A stretch of DNA of 64,000 bases from the NCBI GenBank assembly GCA_052327205.1, contig CM126226.1, positions 40,238,001 to 40,302,000 on the forward strand, read 5' to 3'. Source of the DNA: Somniosus microcephalus (taxonomy: Eukaryota). The position numbers and the translations under genes were made by a program. Position 1 is the stretch's first letter. Each line of letters begins with the position of its first letter. This document shows, piece by piece, positions 1 to 10,365 of the stretch. The notes beneath the pieces were generated by a model, which had not been told where the DNA came from, did not search any database, and was given only the letters and a program-made list of their open reading frames with translations.

Positions 1-560
1 TGAATATTTTGAAAGAGGCAGATTTTGTCCCACTCTTGGTAATTCTCTGACTTGTAACATTGCAACTTTACCAGTAAAACAGAAATTATTCCCCAATCAG
101 GTTGCTAAAAATCCACGGTGCTTCTGAGACACACCTGCTTGTAGCCCTCTTACAAAGGGGTCTAGGGGAGCAGTTTTACATTCTCTCTGAGCTGTGGGGG
201 TTGGGGGGCGATGGATTGGAAGCGTAGACACCCTGGAACTGGCAACACTATGCTGCAGGAAGTGACCCCGCTCAGCAGGCAGACGCCAGAGATAGTCCGT
301 AGTGGGACGAATGCCCACCGGCTATATATAAATTAAATGACTTCTCCCTGACCCTGTACACTGTGGCAGGGTCAGCACTAGAGGCCCCAAGCAGGCGCAT
401 CCTATCCATTTATGCTGGGATGCTACGTCCAAGGATTTTCGGCACTGCTGTGTCTCACATTCGTAATATTGTTTATTGCAGGCGGTCATCTTGAAATCAG
501 CCAATAATCCTCCAATAACAAAGAGGAACAAAACAGTAGTTTTAAAACTTTTAATATGTT

Positions 561-608
561 ACTTGCATTTTATATAGTGCCCTATCACACTGAAACATTT
601 CTAAACAC
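561..608 (-). repeat. Decayed DeuSINE/L2-type 3' tail fragment
   Basis: acttgcattttatatagtgccc is the reverse complement of the ggcgctatataaatgcaagt-type tail also seen at 13315, 49345 and 61955. Confidence 0.45.
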
Positions 609-611
609 AAT

Positions 612-1367
612 GGCCCAGTACTTCGGGTCCCAACGCGTGAGTAAGGATGGGGTACTCACGCGTGGACTCGATGGAAGTGCCGGTTTCTTGCATGCACAGT
701 GCATGCGCGGGAAACTGGCATTTCCTCCAAGGGGTTCAGAGGTCCAACGCGTGCGCGCAGGACTCTGCGCGCACGCGTTGAACTTCCTTCTTTTTTACAG
801 GTTTGCCCGTGTGTAAGGGCCTCAACTTTTTACGAATGTAAAAAGGAGACGCAAGGACTTGATTCTTTAAGCTAAGTGGTCTATTTTTTAAAATTATAAC
901 ATTTTTTCCACAGCTTTATTGTTTTTAAGGACTTTACAGTAAGGTAAGTGTATTTTTAGACCCGATTTAAACATTTTTTATTTTTTTTAAAAATTTGAAT
1001 AATTGTTTAAAATCGTTTTTTAAAGTTATTTATAGTTCATTTAATTAGTGGGATGTTTTTAAAAATTTTATTTAAAGTTTAAGTAGTGTTTTGGGCGCCC
1101 GTAGTTTTCATGAGTTTGACAGTTCTTACTATCAAACTCATGAATGAAGTTTTCCCTCCCCTGATTGGCTGCCCAGTGCTCACCTGATCCCAGCCGGCAC
1201 ATCGAACTAACTACGCCGCTGGATCAGGCAAGCACATCGCGCCAACAGCTGAACCGGGCCAGTGACAGGAATTCCAAGCAGGCTCAGGCTTCAGCTGTCG
1301 GCGCGCCGGGTAAGTGCACATCGGGGGCTTGCACGCGCGGCAAGCCCCCGAACCTAATTTCTGGGCC
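612..1367. mobile_element. Non-autonomous PIF/Harbinger-like MITE with hairpin arrays
   Basis: Imperfect TIR ggcccagtacttcggg / cctaatttctgggcc; AAT/ATT flanks; GC-rich ends, AT-rich core, many internal inverted repeats; no ORF. Confidence 0.75.
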
Positions 1368-2021
1368 ATTGAATTATATTCGGGGCGCACTAACTATTAT
1401 TATATACCCAAAAGAGAATCTTCTGCCTAATGTACAGCTAGGCCATAGACAAATTCAGCTTGTAATACTGTATTTTTTCATTATGAATGATGACATTTCC
1501 CCCCCTGTATATGCCAGTCTGGCAACGTGATTAAGAACAGATTTCCCAGTAAGAATTAGCCCCGTTTGGATGCATTATCTGAAGTATTTGACTTGTCAGG
1601 GTAGAAATCCCGGTCAGCAGGCTTCACAGACAAACGTTGAATTTGCTTGCACCATATTCCTATATGTGATTTTTTAAACAGGTATTAACTGATTTAAAAT
1701 AAACAGGTTAACACGTGCATAAAAAAAAAACATACAAAGGAATGCTGTTGAGTGCATTCTTATATATGAAGCCCACCAATCACAGAATTTGTATCCTGTA
1801 CTACACTATTGCAATCAAATCAAGATCCCACCCGGGACCATTTTTATTGGGAAACCAGTCCAGACAACTAGCAGAGAAAAAGAAAGGTCACCAACTCCAC
1901 AGTGAACAATAAACTGAATGCAACCGTAAAATCTGGACTTCCCCATAGCACATCATCTGTTGAAATGTGTAATTTTGTTTCAATAGAGTTAAGATCCATA
2001 CCGTACAGTAAAGAAGCAATT

Positions 2022-3397
2022 GGGGGGAGAAATTCGACTTGTTCCCAAAACAGGTGCAAAGTCGGCGGACCGACCACTCTTGCGTGTTGGTCTGAGGTCA
2101 GAACCATTTACGCAGGGCCGACCAGGAGGGTGTTTGGGGATCCTGGAAGTGGGGGGGGGGGGGTTGAACACGTTGGCAGTAGGTTGAAGCTTTTTTGTCA
2201 GCCCAAGAGGAGCACTCTTGCTTCTCCTGGGTCCACAAAATTAAATACTGAAAATTTCTTGTGTCTTTTTCCAGCGGGCTCCAGTGGTCCCTTTAAGGAT
2301 CACTGGTTCAGCTGCTCAAAACCTGGTACAACTAGTCAGAGTATGTGCAGTGCAAGCTCCGCCCGTTTGTACCTCAATTTCACATTCGGGGTCCTACACT
2401 CAGCGTAGGACTTGGGAGTTGCTTATTTAAGGAGCCCAACAACTGTTTCAGCTGAGCACCCTGGATAACTAAAAGTCGCCTGAGCCAATATGGTATTTCT
2501 GGTCCAGATCAACACGAAATTCGGAGCCTAGGGTCAGATTTTCATTGGGCTGCGCGGGGGGCAAAAATCCCGAATTCGGGGGTCCCGACACCATCCCGCC
2601 CAAAACCCGCCTCCACGTAAGTTTCAAGGGAGGCGGGTACCCGCCCCGCAGTGGGACCCGAGGCGGGAAGGGATTAGTGCCAATTAACTGCCTGTTAACA
2701 GGTAGTTAACAGGCAGTTTTTAGCCTAATCCCTATTTTGAGGGGTGTCGTATGGGATTCCCAACGGCTCCAAACCATGCCAGGTTAGAGCAGGCGGGCCG
2801 TCGGGTTGAAGGACTTGGAGGGGTCGCGATGTCGGTGTTCAGGTGAGTGATGGGTGCATAAGTGCAAAAGTAAGTGTGTTTGGTGTGTCTAAAGTGTGTA
2901 AAGAAGTTTTACTTACCTGTACTTACCTTAACAGCCTTTCTCCCTGTAGCCGTCGGGAGTCCATCACTCAGCCAGAACTGAAAGCTGAACGGCTGCAATC
3001 TGTCAAAAGTGACAGCCTTCAGCTTTCACTGCCGGTGACAGTTCTAACTGAGTCTGCGTAGAAGGACTCAGGTTAGAAGTCAGACTGTCAGTGTTTGACA
3101 GCTTCAAACAGCTGTGAAACACTGATATTTCATCTGTCAAAAACTCTTGACAGATGACATTTCTGTCTGTGACGTCACCTGTTGCCAGATGGCCCTTAAT
3201 TGGCCTGCTGAGCCCGCTGGGCGGGCTCAACAAGGTCAATCAAGGGAAAATCGTGTCGATTGGCTGGACGTCGATGGAGGCGGGACTAAAACCTGAAAGT
3301 TGTAGTCCCGCCTCCTTCTCGACAGCTTAATGAAAATCCAGCCCCTAATCTTCATTTTACGGGCGCAAAATAGGCGACCGGAAATTTAATTTCTCTT
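2022..3397. mobile_element. Older Harbinger-like MITE interrupted by the 2531-3344 element
   Basis: Left end gggggagaaattcg; element-like sequence resumes after 3347 and ends ttaatttctc (partial TIR match aatttctc). Confidence 0.5.
2531..3344. mobile_element. Harbinger-like MITE (814 bp) with 3-bp TSD
   Basis: TIR gggtcagattttcatt / aatgaaaatccagccc; CTA duplicated at 2528-2530 and 3345-3347; homologous in inverted orientation to 13895-14733. Confidence 0.85.
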
Positions 3398-4557
3398 GAT
3401 AAAAGTAGTACAGAGTATATTGTATAGTTCAAACCTAGCTATACTGGAGAAAGATTCAAAAGGGTATTGAAGCTTTTTTTTGGTAGGTCACGCCCACAGA
3501 AAACACTAATATTGATTCTTATGTCAAAAACTATTTAATGAGATTCTTGTTTTAAACTGAAATTAAGAACACTGCAGAAGAACCATCAATAACCACATTT
3601 ATTTGCAATCTGTAACCTGGATACCTTTTAAGTATATGAATACATTTAAAGTGTGAAGAGACTAACTGCAGGGTGATATTACTGTTTTTAATACAGCCTG
3701 TGAATGCCTACAAAAGGAATGCCAGTTCTTTAATGGAGTGTTCTGTTTCTTCAGCTTTCCTCTCCTGCTTCCAAAAAAAGGTATTCAATAGCTGTATAGT
3801 GCAGATTGGGAGGGAAGGCTTGCGATTGAAGACCGTGCCAAGTTTCCATCTGGAACCAGACTCTTTTATTCATTGTGGTCTCTTATACAAAAGCCTTATG
3901 GTGCAACAAAATGCCATGAATTATGTATTATGGTCTACTGATATTGTAAGTGACTGTGGGGAAGCTGGGATATGAGCACACTGATCTGTACTGGCGAGGG
4001 GTACAAGCAAAAATGGGGCAATGGTGCAACTTTTGGGGCAGAAATGGAAAAACAGAAACGTGTTACAACTCACGGCTCTGAGCGGGAGTGCCAAACTAAA
4101 CAGAAAGAAGCGTGAAAGTATGAAAATGAGCTCCATACATTTGGGAAGGCTTCTTTTCCCTTCTCTTCAGTAAGCATTTTACTGGCTTACAACTAGTTCT
4201 GCCTGTTAAAACCTATCAGATGTTAAATCTACATGACAACACCCACTTCTCAGATCTCATTCTTTCCACAGAAAACCATAGGTATTTAAAACAAATTGAA
4301 TAAGGCAGTATTCAATTTTCTTGGGGCTACTCTGGTTATAGTTCAAAGCTGCCCAAAAATTGTAATGCCTTCAATACACTAGAGTAAAATCCCTTTGGAA
4401 AACACTTCACTGTTTCTGCTAAAAACTGTTTAACTACAACAAAGCGTTTTAAAAGAACCCTTCAATACAACCAGAGATTTCTGTGGTATTTCTGGTGACA
4501 TCCTTTTTGGCCAAACCCACTAACAACACCTTATTATGAAAGAAGAAATAAATAATA

Positions 4558-4626
4558 ATTGCTTTTATATAGTGCCTGTTACAACCTCGGGGTGTCCAAA
4601 AAGACCTCACAGCATTTAAGTATTTT
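4558..4626 (-). repeat. DeuSINE 3' tail, separated from its body at 8948-9312 by a CR1 insertion
   Basis: Reverse complement aaatacttaaatgctgtgagg...gacaccccgaggttgtaacaggcactatataaaagca matches the DeuSINE tail; it continues in register at 8948. Confidence 0.65.
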
Positions 4627-6131
4627 AGAATCATAGAAATTTACAGCACGGAAGGAGTCCATTCGGCCCATCGTGCCTGTGCTAGCTCTTTGAAAGAGCA
4701 GCCGTGCTTAGTCCCACATCCCCGCCTTTTTGTCCGTAACCCTGCAAGTACCCGACCAAATCCCTTTTAAAATTATTTATGGAATCAGCTTCCACCACCT
4801 TTTTAGGTAGAGCTTTCCAGATCCCGACAACTCTGAGTGAAAAAGTTTCTCCTCCTCTCCCCTCGAGATCATTTGCCAATGATTCGGAATCTATGACCTC
4901 TAGTTATTGACCCACTCACCAGAGGGAATAGCTTTTCTCTACTCTATCAAAATCTCTGAAAACCTCCATTAGGTCACCTCTTAAGCTTCTGTGTTCTACA
5001 GAGAACAATCCTAACTTTTCCAACCTCAAGTCCCTCATCCCTGGTAACATCCTGGTAAACCTCCTCTGCACCTTTTCCAAGGCCTTTACATCTTTCCTGA
5101 AGTGTGGTGCCCAGAATTGTCCACAATACTCCAGCTGAGGCCTAAAGTTCTAGCATGATCTCTTTGCTTTTATATTCTATTCCTCTATTTATAAACCCAA
5201 GTAACCGATTTTAATCACCTTAATAACTTGCCCGCCCACCTTTAAGGATTTGTGTATATGGACACCAAGGTCTCTCTGCTCTTCTACATTTTTCAAAATC
5301 GTGCCATTTATAGTTTACTGTCTTTCCATATTAGTCCTCCCAAAGTGCATCACTTCACACTTCTCCGCCATCTGAACTCCATCTGCCATGCTTCTATCCA
5401 TTTCACCATCCTGTCCATGTCATCCTGAAGCCTATAACTATCCTCATCACTATCTATTACTTTGCCAAGTTTCGTATCATCTGTAAACTTTATAATGCTG
5501 CTCCCTACACCCGAGTCTAGATCGTTCATAAAAATTGAAAAGAGTAATGGACCCAAAACTGACTCTCGAGGAACACCACTGCAAACCACCTCCCAGTCTG
5601 AAAAACAATCACCACCACCACTTTTTGCTTTCTGTCACTGAACCAATTTTGTATCTATAACGCCACTTTCCCCTTAATTCTATGGGCTTCCCATCTTCTT
5701 AATAAGCCTCCTGTGTGGCACTTCCTCGAATGCCTTCCGAAAGTCCAGATACACATCTACTGCACTATCCTGATCAACCTTCTCCGTTACCTCATCAAAG
5801 AATTCAATCAATTTAGTCAGACTTGATTTGCCTTTAACATATCCATGCTGGCTCTCCTCGATTAATCCATGCCTTTCCAAATGAACATTTATTTTGTCCC
5901 TGATAATGGTTTCCAATTACTTCCCCATCACCGATGTTAGGCTGACTGGTCTGTAGTTTCCTGGTTTATCCCTTTCTCCTTTCTTGAATATTGGTACAGT
6001 ATAACATTAGCTACCCTCCAGTACTACTATATCCAAAAAGAAAATACTGCAGATGCTGGAAATCTGAAATAAAAACAGAAAATGCTGGAGAAACTCAGCA
6101 GGTCAGGCAGCATCTGTGAAGAGAGAAACAG

Positions 6132-6168
6132 AGTTAACGTTTCAGGTCGATGACCTTTCGTCAGAACT
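6132..6168 (-). ncRNA. Minimal type I hammerhead ribozyme motif in Penelope pLTR
   Basis: Minus strand AGUU-CUGACGA-A-AGGUC-auc-GACCU-GAAAC-GUU-AACU: both core boxes, 5-bp stem II, palindromic stem III (ACGU), 4-bp stem I. Confidence 0.75.
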
Positions 6169-6461
6169 GGGAAAAAGCAGGAAATGGAACAGATTTTTAA
6201 GCAAGTGTAGTGGCTGGGAAATGGGGGAGGGGATGAAAGAACAAAAGGGAAGGCCTGTGATAGGATGGAAGGCGGAAGAGATTAAGAGATATTCAAGGCA
6301 AAAGGAGATGGTAATGGGACAGGTTAAGAAACAAAGGATGGCTCGAGATAATGTGTAAATTGTGCTGGCAGAATGAAAGACAGCTGCCATGTGGGGAGAA
6401 AAAAAAAGACACAGACAAAAAGTTTGGATAAAAAAATATATATATATGATAGGGGCTGAGG

Positions 6462-6674
6462 TTATGATCGGAAATTGTTGAACTCTATGTTGAGTCCGGA
6501 AGGCTGTAAAGTGCCTAACCGAAAGATGAGGCGCTGTTCCTCGAGCTTACGCTGAGCTTCCGTGGAACAATGCAAGAGGCCGAGGACAGTGAGGTCTGAG
6601 TGGGAGTGGAGCGGAGAATTAAAATAACAGGCGACCGGAAGCTCGGAGTCCCACTTACGGACTGAACGGAGGTG
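6462..6674 (-). pseudogene. Penelope GIY-YIG endonuclease C-terminal fragment
   Basis: Open frame HLRSVRKWDSELPVACYFNSPLHSHSDLTVLGLLHCSTEAQRKLEEQRLIFRLGTLQPSGLNIEFNNFRS*; absent from the ORF track because it has no start codon. Confidence 0.85.
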
Positions 6675-7643
6675 TTATCTGTTTTTACTACTATATCAAA
6701 TGAGGATTGAAAGATTGTGACCAATGCCTCTGCTATTTCTACCTTTGCTTCTTTCAGCAATCTAGGATGCATTCCATCTGGACCAGGTGACTTACCAACT
6801 TTCAGTAATGCTAATATTTTTAGGACGTCTTCTCTATCTATTACTATCCTGGCCATAACTTTCCTCTCCTCTTTTAGTGTAACCTTCACATCATCCGATT
6901 CCTTTGTGAAGACAGATGCAAAGTACTCATTTAATACATTAGCCATGCCCTCTGCCTCTTCATGAAGATTTCCCGTTGGGTCCTTAATAGGCCCAACATT
7001 TTCCCTAGCTAACCGCTTACATTTTATATGTTTATAAAATGTTTTAGGGTTCAATTTAATGTTGCCTGCTAATCTTTTCTTGTAAACTCTCTGTACCTCA
7101 TGTAATAACTTTTTCAGTTCCCTCTTGTACTTTTCTTGTACTGGTTATTAACTGAAACTTGCGCCTGACATTTGTCATTTGCCTCCTTTTTCTGTTTTAT
7201 CTCAACTTTTGTTTCGTTTGTCATCCAGGCTGCATTACCTTTGGATGCTTTACATTTTCCCTTCAAAGGAGTATGCCGAGTTTGTACCTGAACTATCTCT
7301 TCCCTGAATGCCCCCCATTGTTCCAGTACTGCTTTACCTATAACCGCCTTTTCCAATCTACTTATGCTAGGTCCCTTCTTAAATCACTGAAATTATCTCT
7401 TCCCCAGCTGAGCATTTTTACCTTCGATATTTTCTGGTCTCTTTCCATAATTACTTTAAATCAAGTTATGTAATACTGTAACACTTGCCCTGCTTCATTT
7501 CCCAGAACCAGATCCAACACTGCTTCTTTCCTTGTTGGATGGAGACATGTCGATTGAGAAAGATCTCCTGTACACATACACAAATTCCTCTCCTTCCCTA
7601 CCTTTAGCATTATGCTTTTCCCAGTCTATATTAGGGTAATTAA

Positions 7644-7774
7644 ATAAAAACAGAAAATGCTAGAAATACTCAGCAAGTCAGGTAGCATCTGTGGAGAGAG
7701 AAACAGAGTTAGCATTTCAGGTCGATGGCCGTTCGTCAGATTTCCAGCATCCGCAGTATTTTGCTTTTGTAATG
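7644..7774. mobile_element. Penelope pLTR-only insertion with internal inversion, inside CR1
   Basis: pLTR runs through a degenerate hammerhead, then flips into tcagatttccagcatccgcagtattttg; gggtaattaa duplicated at 7634-7643 and 7775-7784. Confidence 0.8.
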
Positions 7775-8358
7775 GGGTAATTAATGTCTCTTAATATTAC
7801 TACTCTGTTTTTGATACACCCCTTTGAAATTTGCCAACAAATTTGTTCATCTACCTCCTTCTCGCTGTTTGGAGCTCTTTAAAAAAAAATCCCAACAATG
7901 TAACAGCTCCCCCTCTGTTCCTCAACTCAAGCCAAATAGATTCAGTCCTAGAACCATCTAGTATACTTTTCTATTTAGAACTGTATCATCCTTAATCAAT
8001 AATGCCCGCCTCCTCTTTTTCATTCTCTATCATTCCTGAATACTTGGTAATCAGAAATATTAAGAACCCCTTCCTAGCCTTGCTTGAGCCATGTCCCTGT
8101 TAATGCAACCACAGCATAATCCCATGTAACAAATTGTGCCTGCAGCTCACCAACCTTATGGACATTGAAGTACATACAATTTAATAACTCCTTCGATAGT
8201 TTTGCTATTTTTCTCAATCTGGTCCCTGCAATTTTTGGGATATTTCTAACTTTATTGTTGTTTATACCTCTTTGGCCTCATGTAATTTCTGCTATTTTGT
8301 GGTTCCGCTCTCCCTGCCAAATTAGTTTAAACCCTCCACAACAGTACTAGTTAACCTC

Positions 8359-8643
8359 TCAGCAAGAACATTGGCCCCGGCTTTGTTCAGATGCAACCCG
8401 TCTATCTTGTACAGGTGCCCCTTCCCCCAAGAATCTGAAGTCCTCCCTCCTGCACCACTTCTTCAGCCATCCATTTACCTGCACTATCTTCCTGTTTTTC
8501 TCACTAGCACGTGGCACTGGGAGTAATCCTGAGATTACTACCTTTGAGGTCCGGTTTTTTAATCTTTTTCCTAACTCCTGAAACTCTGCCTGAAGAACCT
8601 CAACACCTTTTCTACCTATGTCATTGGATCCAACATGGACCAT
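8359..8643 (-). pseudogene. CR1 ORF1 SGNH esterase-domain fragment
   Basis: VHVGSNDIGRK...SKVVISGLLPVPRASE...VNGWLKKWCRREDFRF is the typical vertebrate CR1 ORF1 esterase block. Confidence 0.85.
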
Positions 8644-8947
8644 GACTTCTGGCTGTTCCCCTTCCCCCTCGCAGAATGTCCTGCAGCCGCTCAGTGATAT
8701 CCTTTACCCTGGCACCAGGGAGGCAACATACCGTTCCGGAATCACGTTTGCGGTTACAGAAACGCCTGTTGATGCCTCTAACTAACGAATCCCCTATGAC
8801 TACTGCATTTCTACTCTTTCTTTTCCCCGTGTGCAGTCAAATCTCCCGTGGTGCCAGGCATTTGATTCATACTGCATTCCTCTGTGGAGTCATCACCCTC
8901 CCCGATATTCAAAATTGAAAACCGGTTAGTGAGGGACATTGACTTGG

Positions 8948-9312
8948 GAAGTTACTGTTGAAACGTAGGAAAACACAGCAGCCAATTTATGCACCACCAT
9001 TTCCCATAAATTGCAATAAGATAAATGAGGAGATAATCTGTTTCAATGATGTTGGTTAAAGCATAAATGTTGGCCAGTACACCGGAAAACGGCACTGCAC
9101 ATCTTCGAAATAGTGCCACTGGATCTTCTACACCACCTGAGAGGGCAGATCGGGCCTTGGTTTAACATTTCATCCGAAAGACAGCACCTCCAACAATGCA
9201 GTGCTCCCTCAGTACTGAAGTGTCAGCCTAGATGATGTGCTCAAGTCTCTGGAGTGAGTTTGAACCCACAACCTTCAGATTCAGATGCAAGAGTGCTACC
9301 CACTGATCCACA
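8948..9312 (-). repeat. DeuSINE (SacSINE1/AmnSINE-related) body
   Basis: Reverse complement of the Deu domain: tttcggatgaaatgttaaaccaaggcccgatctgccctctcaggtgg...ggcactatttcgaaga...aaattggctgctgtgttttcctac; tRNA-like head near 9260-9310. Confidence 0.8.
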
Positions 9313-9657
9313 GCTGACAAAACTAGGATGTGCAACAAGATATTAGGATGTAGGTTAAATTATCATTAGTTCTGTAATATGTAAGAGCAATGAGCAGAAT
9401 TGTGCAAAGTAACATTATAACATCCTAGAGCAGTAATGTGATCTTGTATAACTCACCTGTTTATGTCACAATACTGCTCTCTCATTAACGGGTCTGGTAC
9501 CAGCACTCTTGTCATATTGTCACTGATCCCAATTTTACAAATTAAACTCATGGGAACGGATTCTTCATGTGCAGAAGCTCCACCCCTCAAATTATTCCCC
9601 GTAACATGATCTTTGGGGACGATACAAAGACATGTTCAATCGTGAAATGCACTAAGC

Positions 9658-9762
9658 AGGGAAGATTTCCTTTGTGCGCTATGTATAGTGAAATTAGAAA
9701 TGCACTCCTTATAAAGATATTTAGGATCTTGTTATACACAGTGCACGGAGAAAATCTTCCCT
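9658..9762. mobile_element. Short foldback MITE
   Basis: ~30-bp imperfect TIR agggaagatttcctttgtgcgctatgtata / tatacacagtgcacggagaaaatcttccct. Confidence 0.65.
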
Positions 9763-10009
9763 AAAGGTGTTTAATATTGTTTCTATCTTAGTAAGGGAGC
9801 CAAAACCCATCTGTGTTATATCAGAAAGAGGGTTTGACACTGCGAGTTTGGATTGAACATTAATTGCAGTCTTGTAGCTCTTCTCCAATTATTCCAAGTG
9901 TTTTAATGCTAGTCAGAGTGAACTATTCTTACGGTTTTAATATAATACTGTTACAAGAATTATTTTACTATATGATCGTGTTTCTTAATTAAAAAAATTA
10001 TGTTGGTCT

Positions 10010-10365
10010 CCACCTCTGGTCCATGAGGACTGGGAAGATTCAAGATTTGATCTCTGGTCTGTACTGATTCTGTGATCTCAGCTGGAGCAGCTACAATTGG
10101 CGTCACTGGCTTTGGGTTAGGAAAAGGAAACTGATTGCTATAAAGCGATCCCTATTGAAATTGTTGACACAAGATGACAATAGGATTGGGCTCAGCTGTG
10201 ATATCCCCCACAGTCTGATAGCCTGCCAACATTCACTGACAAGACTCATGTGAATGACAGTCAGCTGGATGAGATACTGGAGGGTGACCAGCACCTGCAA
10301 AATTGGACCCCAATGAGAGATTCTATCTGCAGGAAAGGAGGGAAGGGAGAGAATTGGAGAAGAAA
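10010..10365 (+). repeat. Old tRNA-headed SINE, unclassified family A
   Basis: Shares gctacaattggc, ggattgggctcagctgtgat, atagcctgccaaca and a purine-rich end with copies at 38270, 57605 and 61215. Confidence 0.6.

Larger units (their letters stand above)
6034..6685 (-). mobile_element. Penelope-like element 3' fragment (GIY-YIG C-terminus plus pLTR) inserted in CR1
   Basis: 12-bp duplication tactactatatc at 6022-6033 and 6686-6697; endonuclease C-terminal frame; pLTR aaatactgcagatgctggaaatctgaaat... Confidence 0.85.
4682..8180 (-). pseudogene. CR1 ORF2 (endonuclease-reverse transcriptase), fragmented
   Basis: ORF pieces 7114-7356, 6690-7054, 5680-5916, 5350-5589 and 4682-4879 carry CR1 motifs in collinear order, broken by frameshifts, stops and insertions. 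Confidence 0.88.
4627..8947 (-). mobile_element. CR1 LINE (HER1-like), 5'-truncated within ORF1, decayed
   Basis: 3' end gatgggccgaatggactccttccgtgctgtaaatttctatgattcta; ORF2 RT fragments (VYLDFRKAF, SGVPRESVLGPLLF, KFTDDTKLG, KSPGPDGMHPRLLKE); ORF1 esterase upstream. Confidence 0.92.

Noticed and set aside
97-531. Two in-frame minus-strand ORFs separated by one stop (possible exon or readthrough)
   Set aside because: No recognisable domain, no convincing splice boundaries, non-ATG starts.
6515-7054. 179-aa ORF as a gene
   Set aside because: CR1 ORF2 fragment running out of frame into the Penelope insert; a chimeric artefact.
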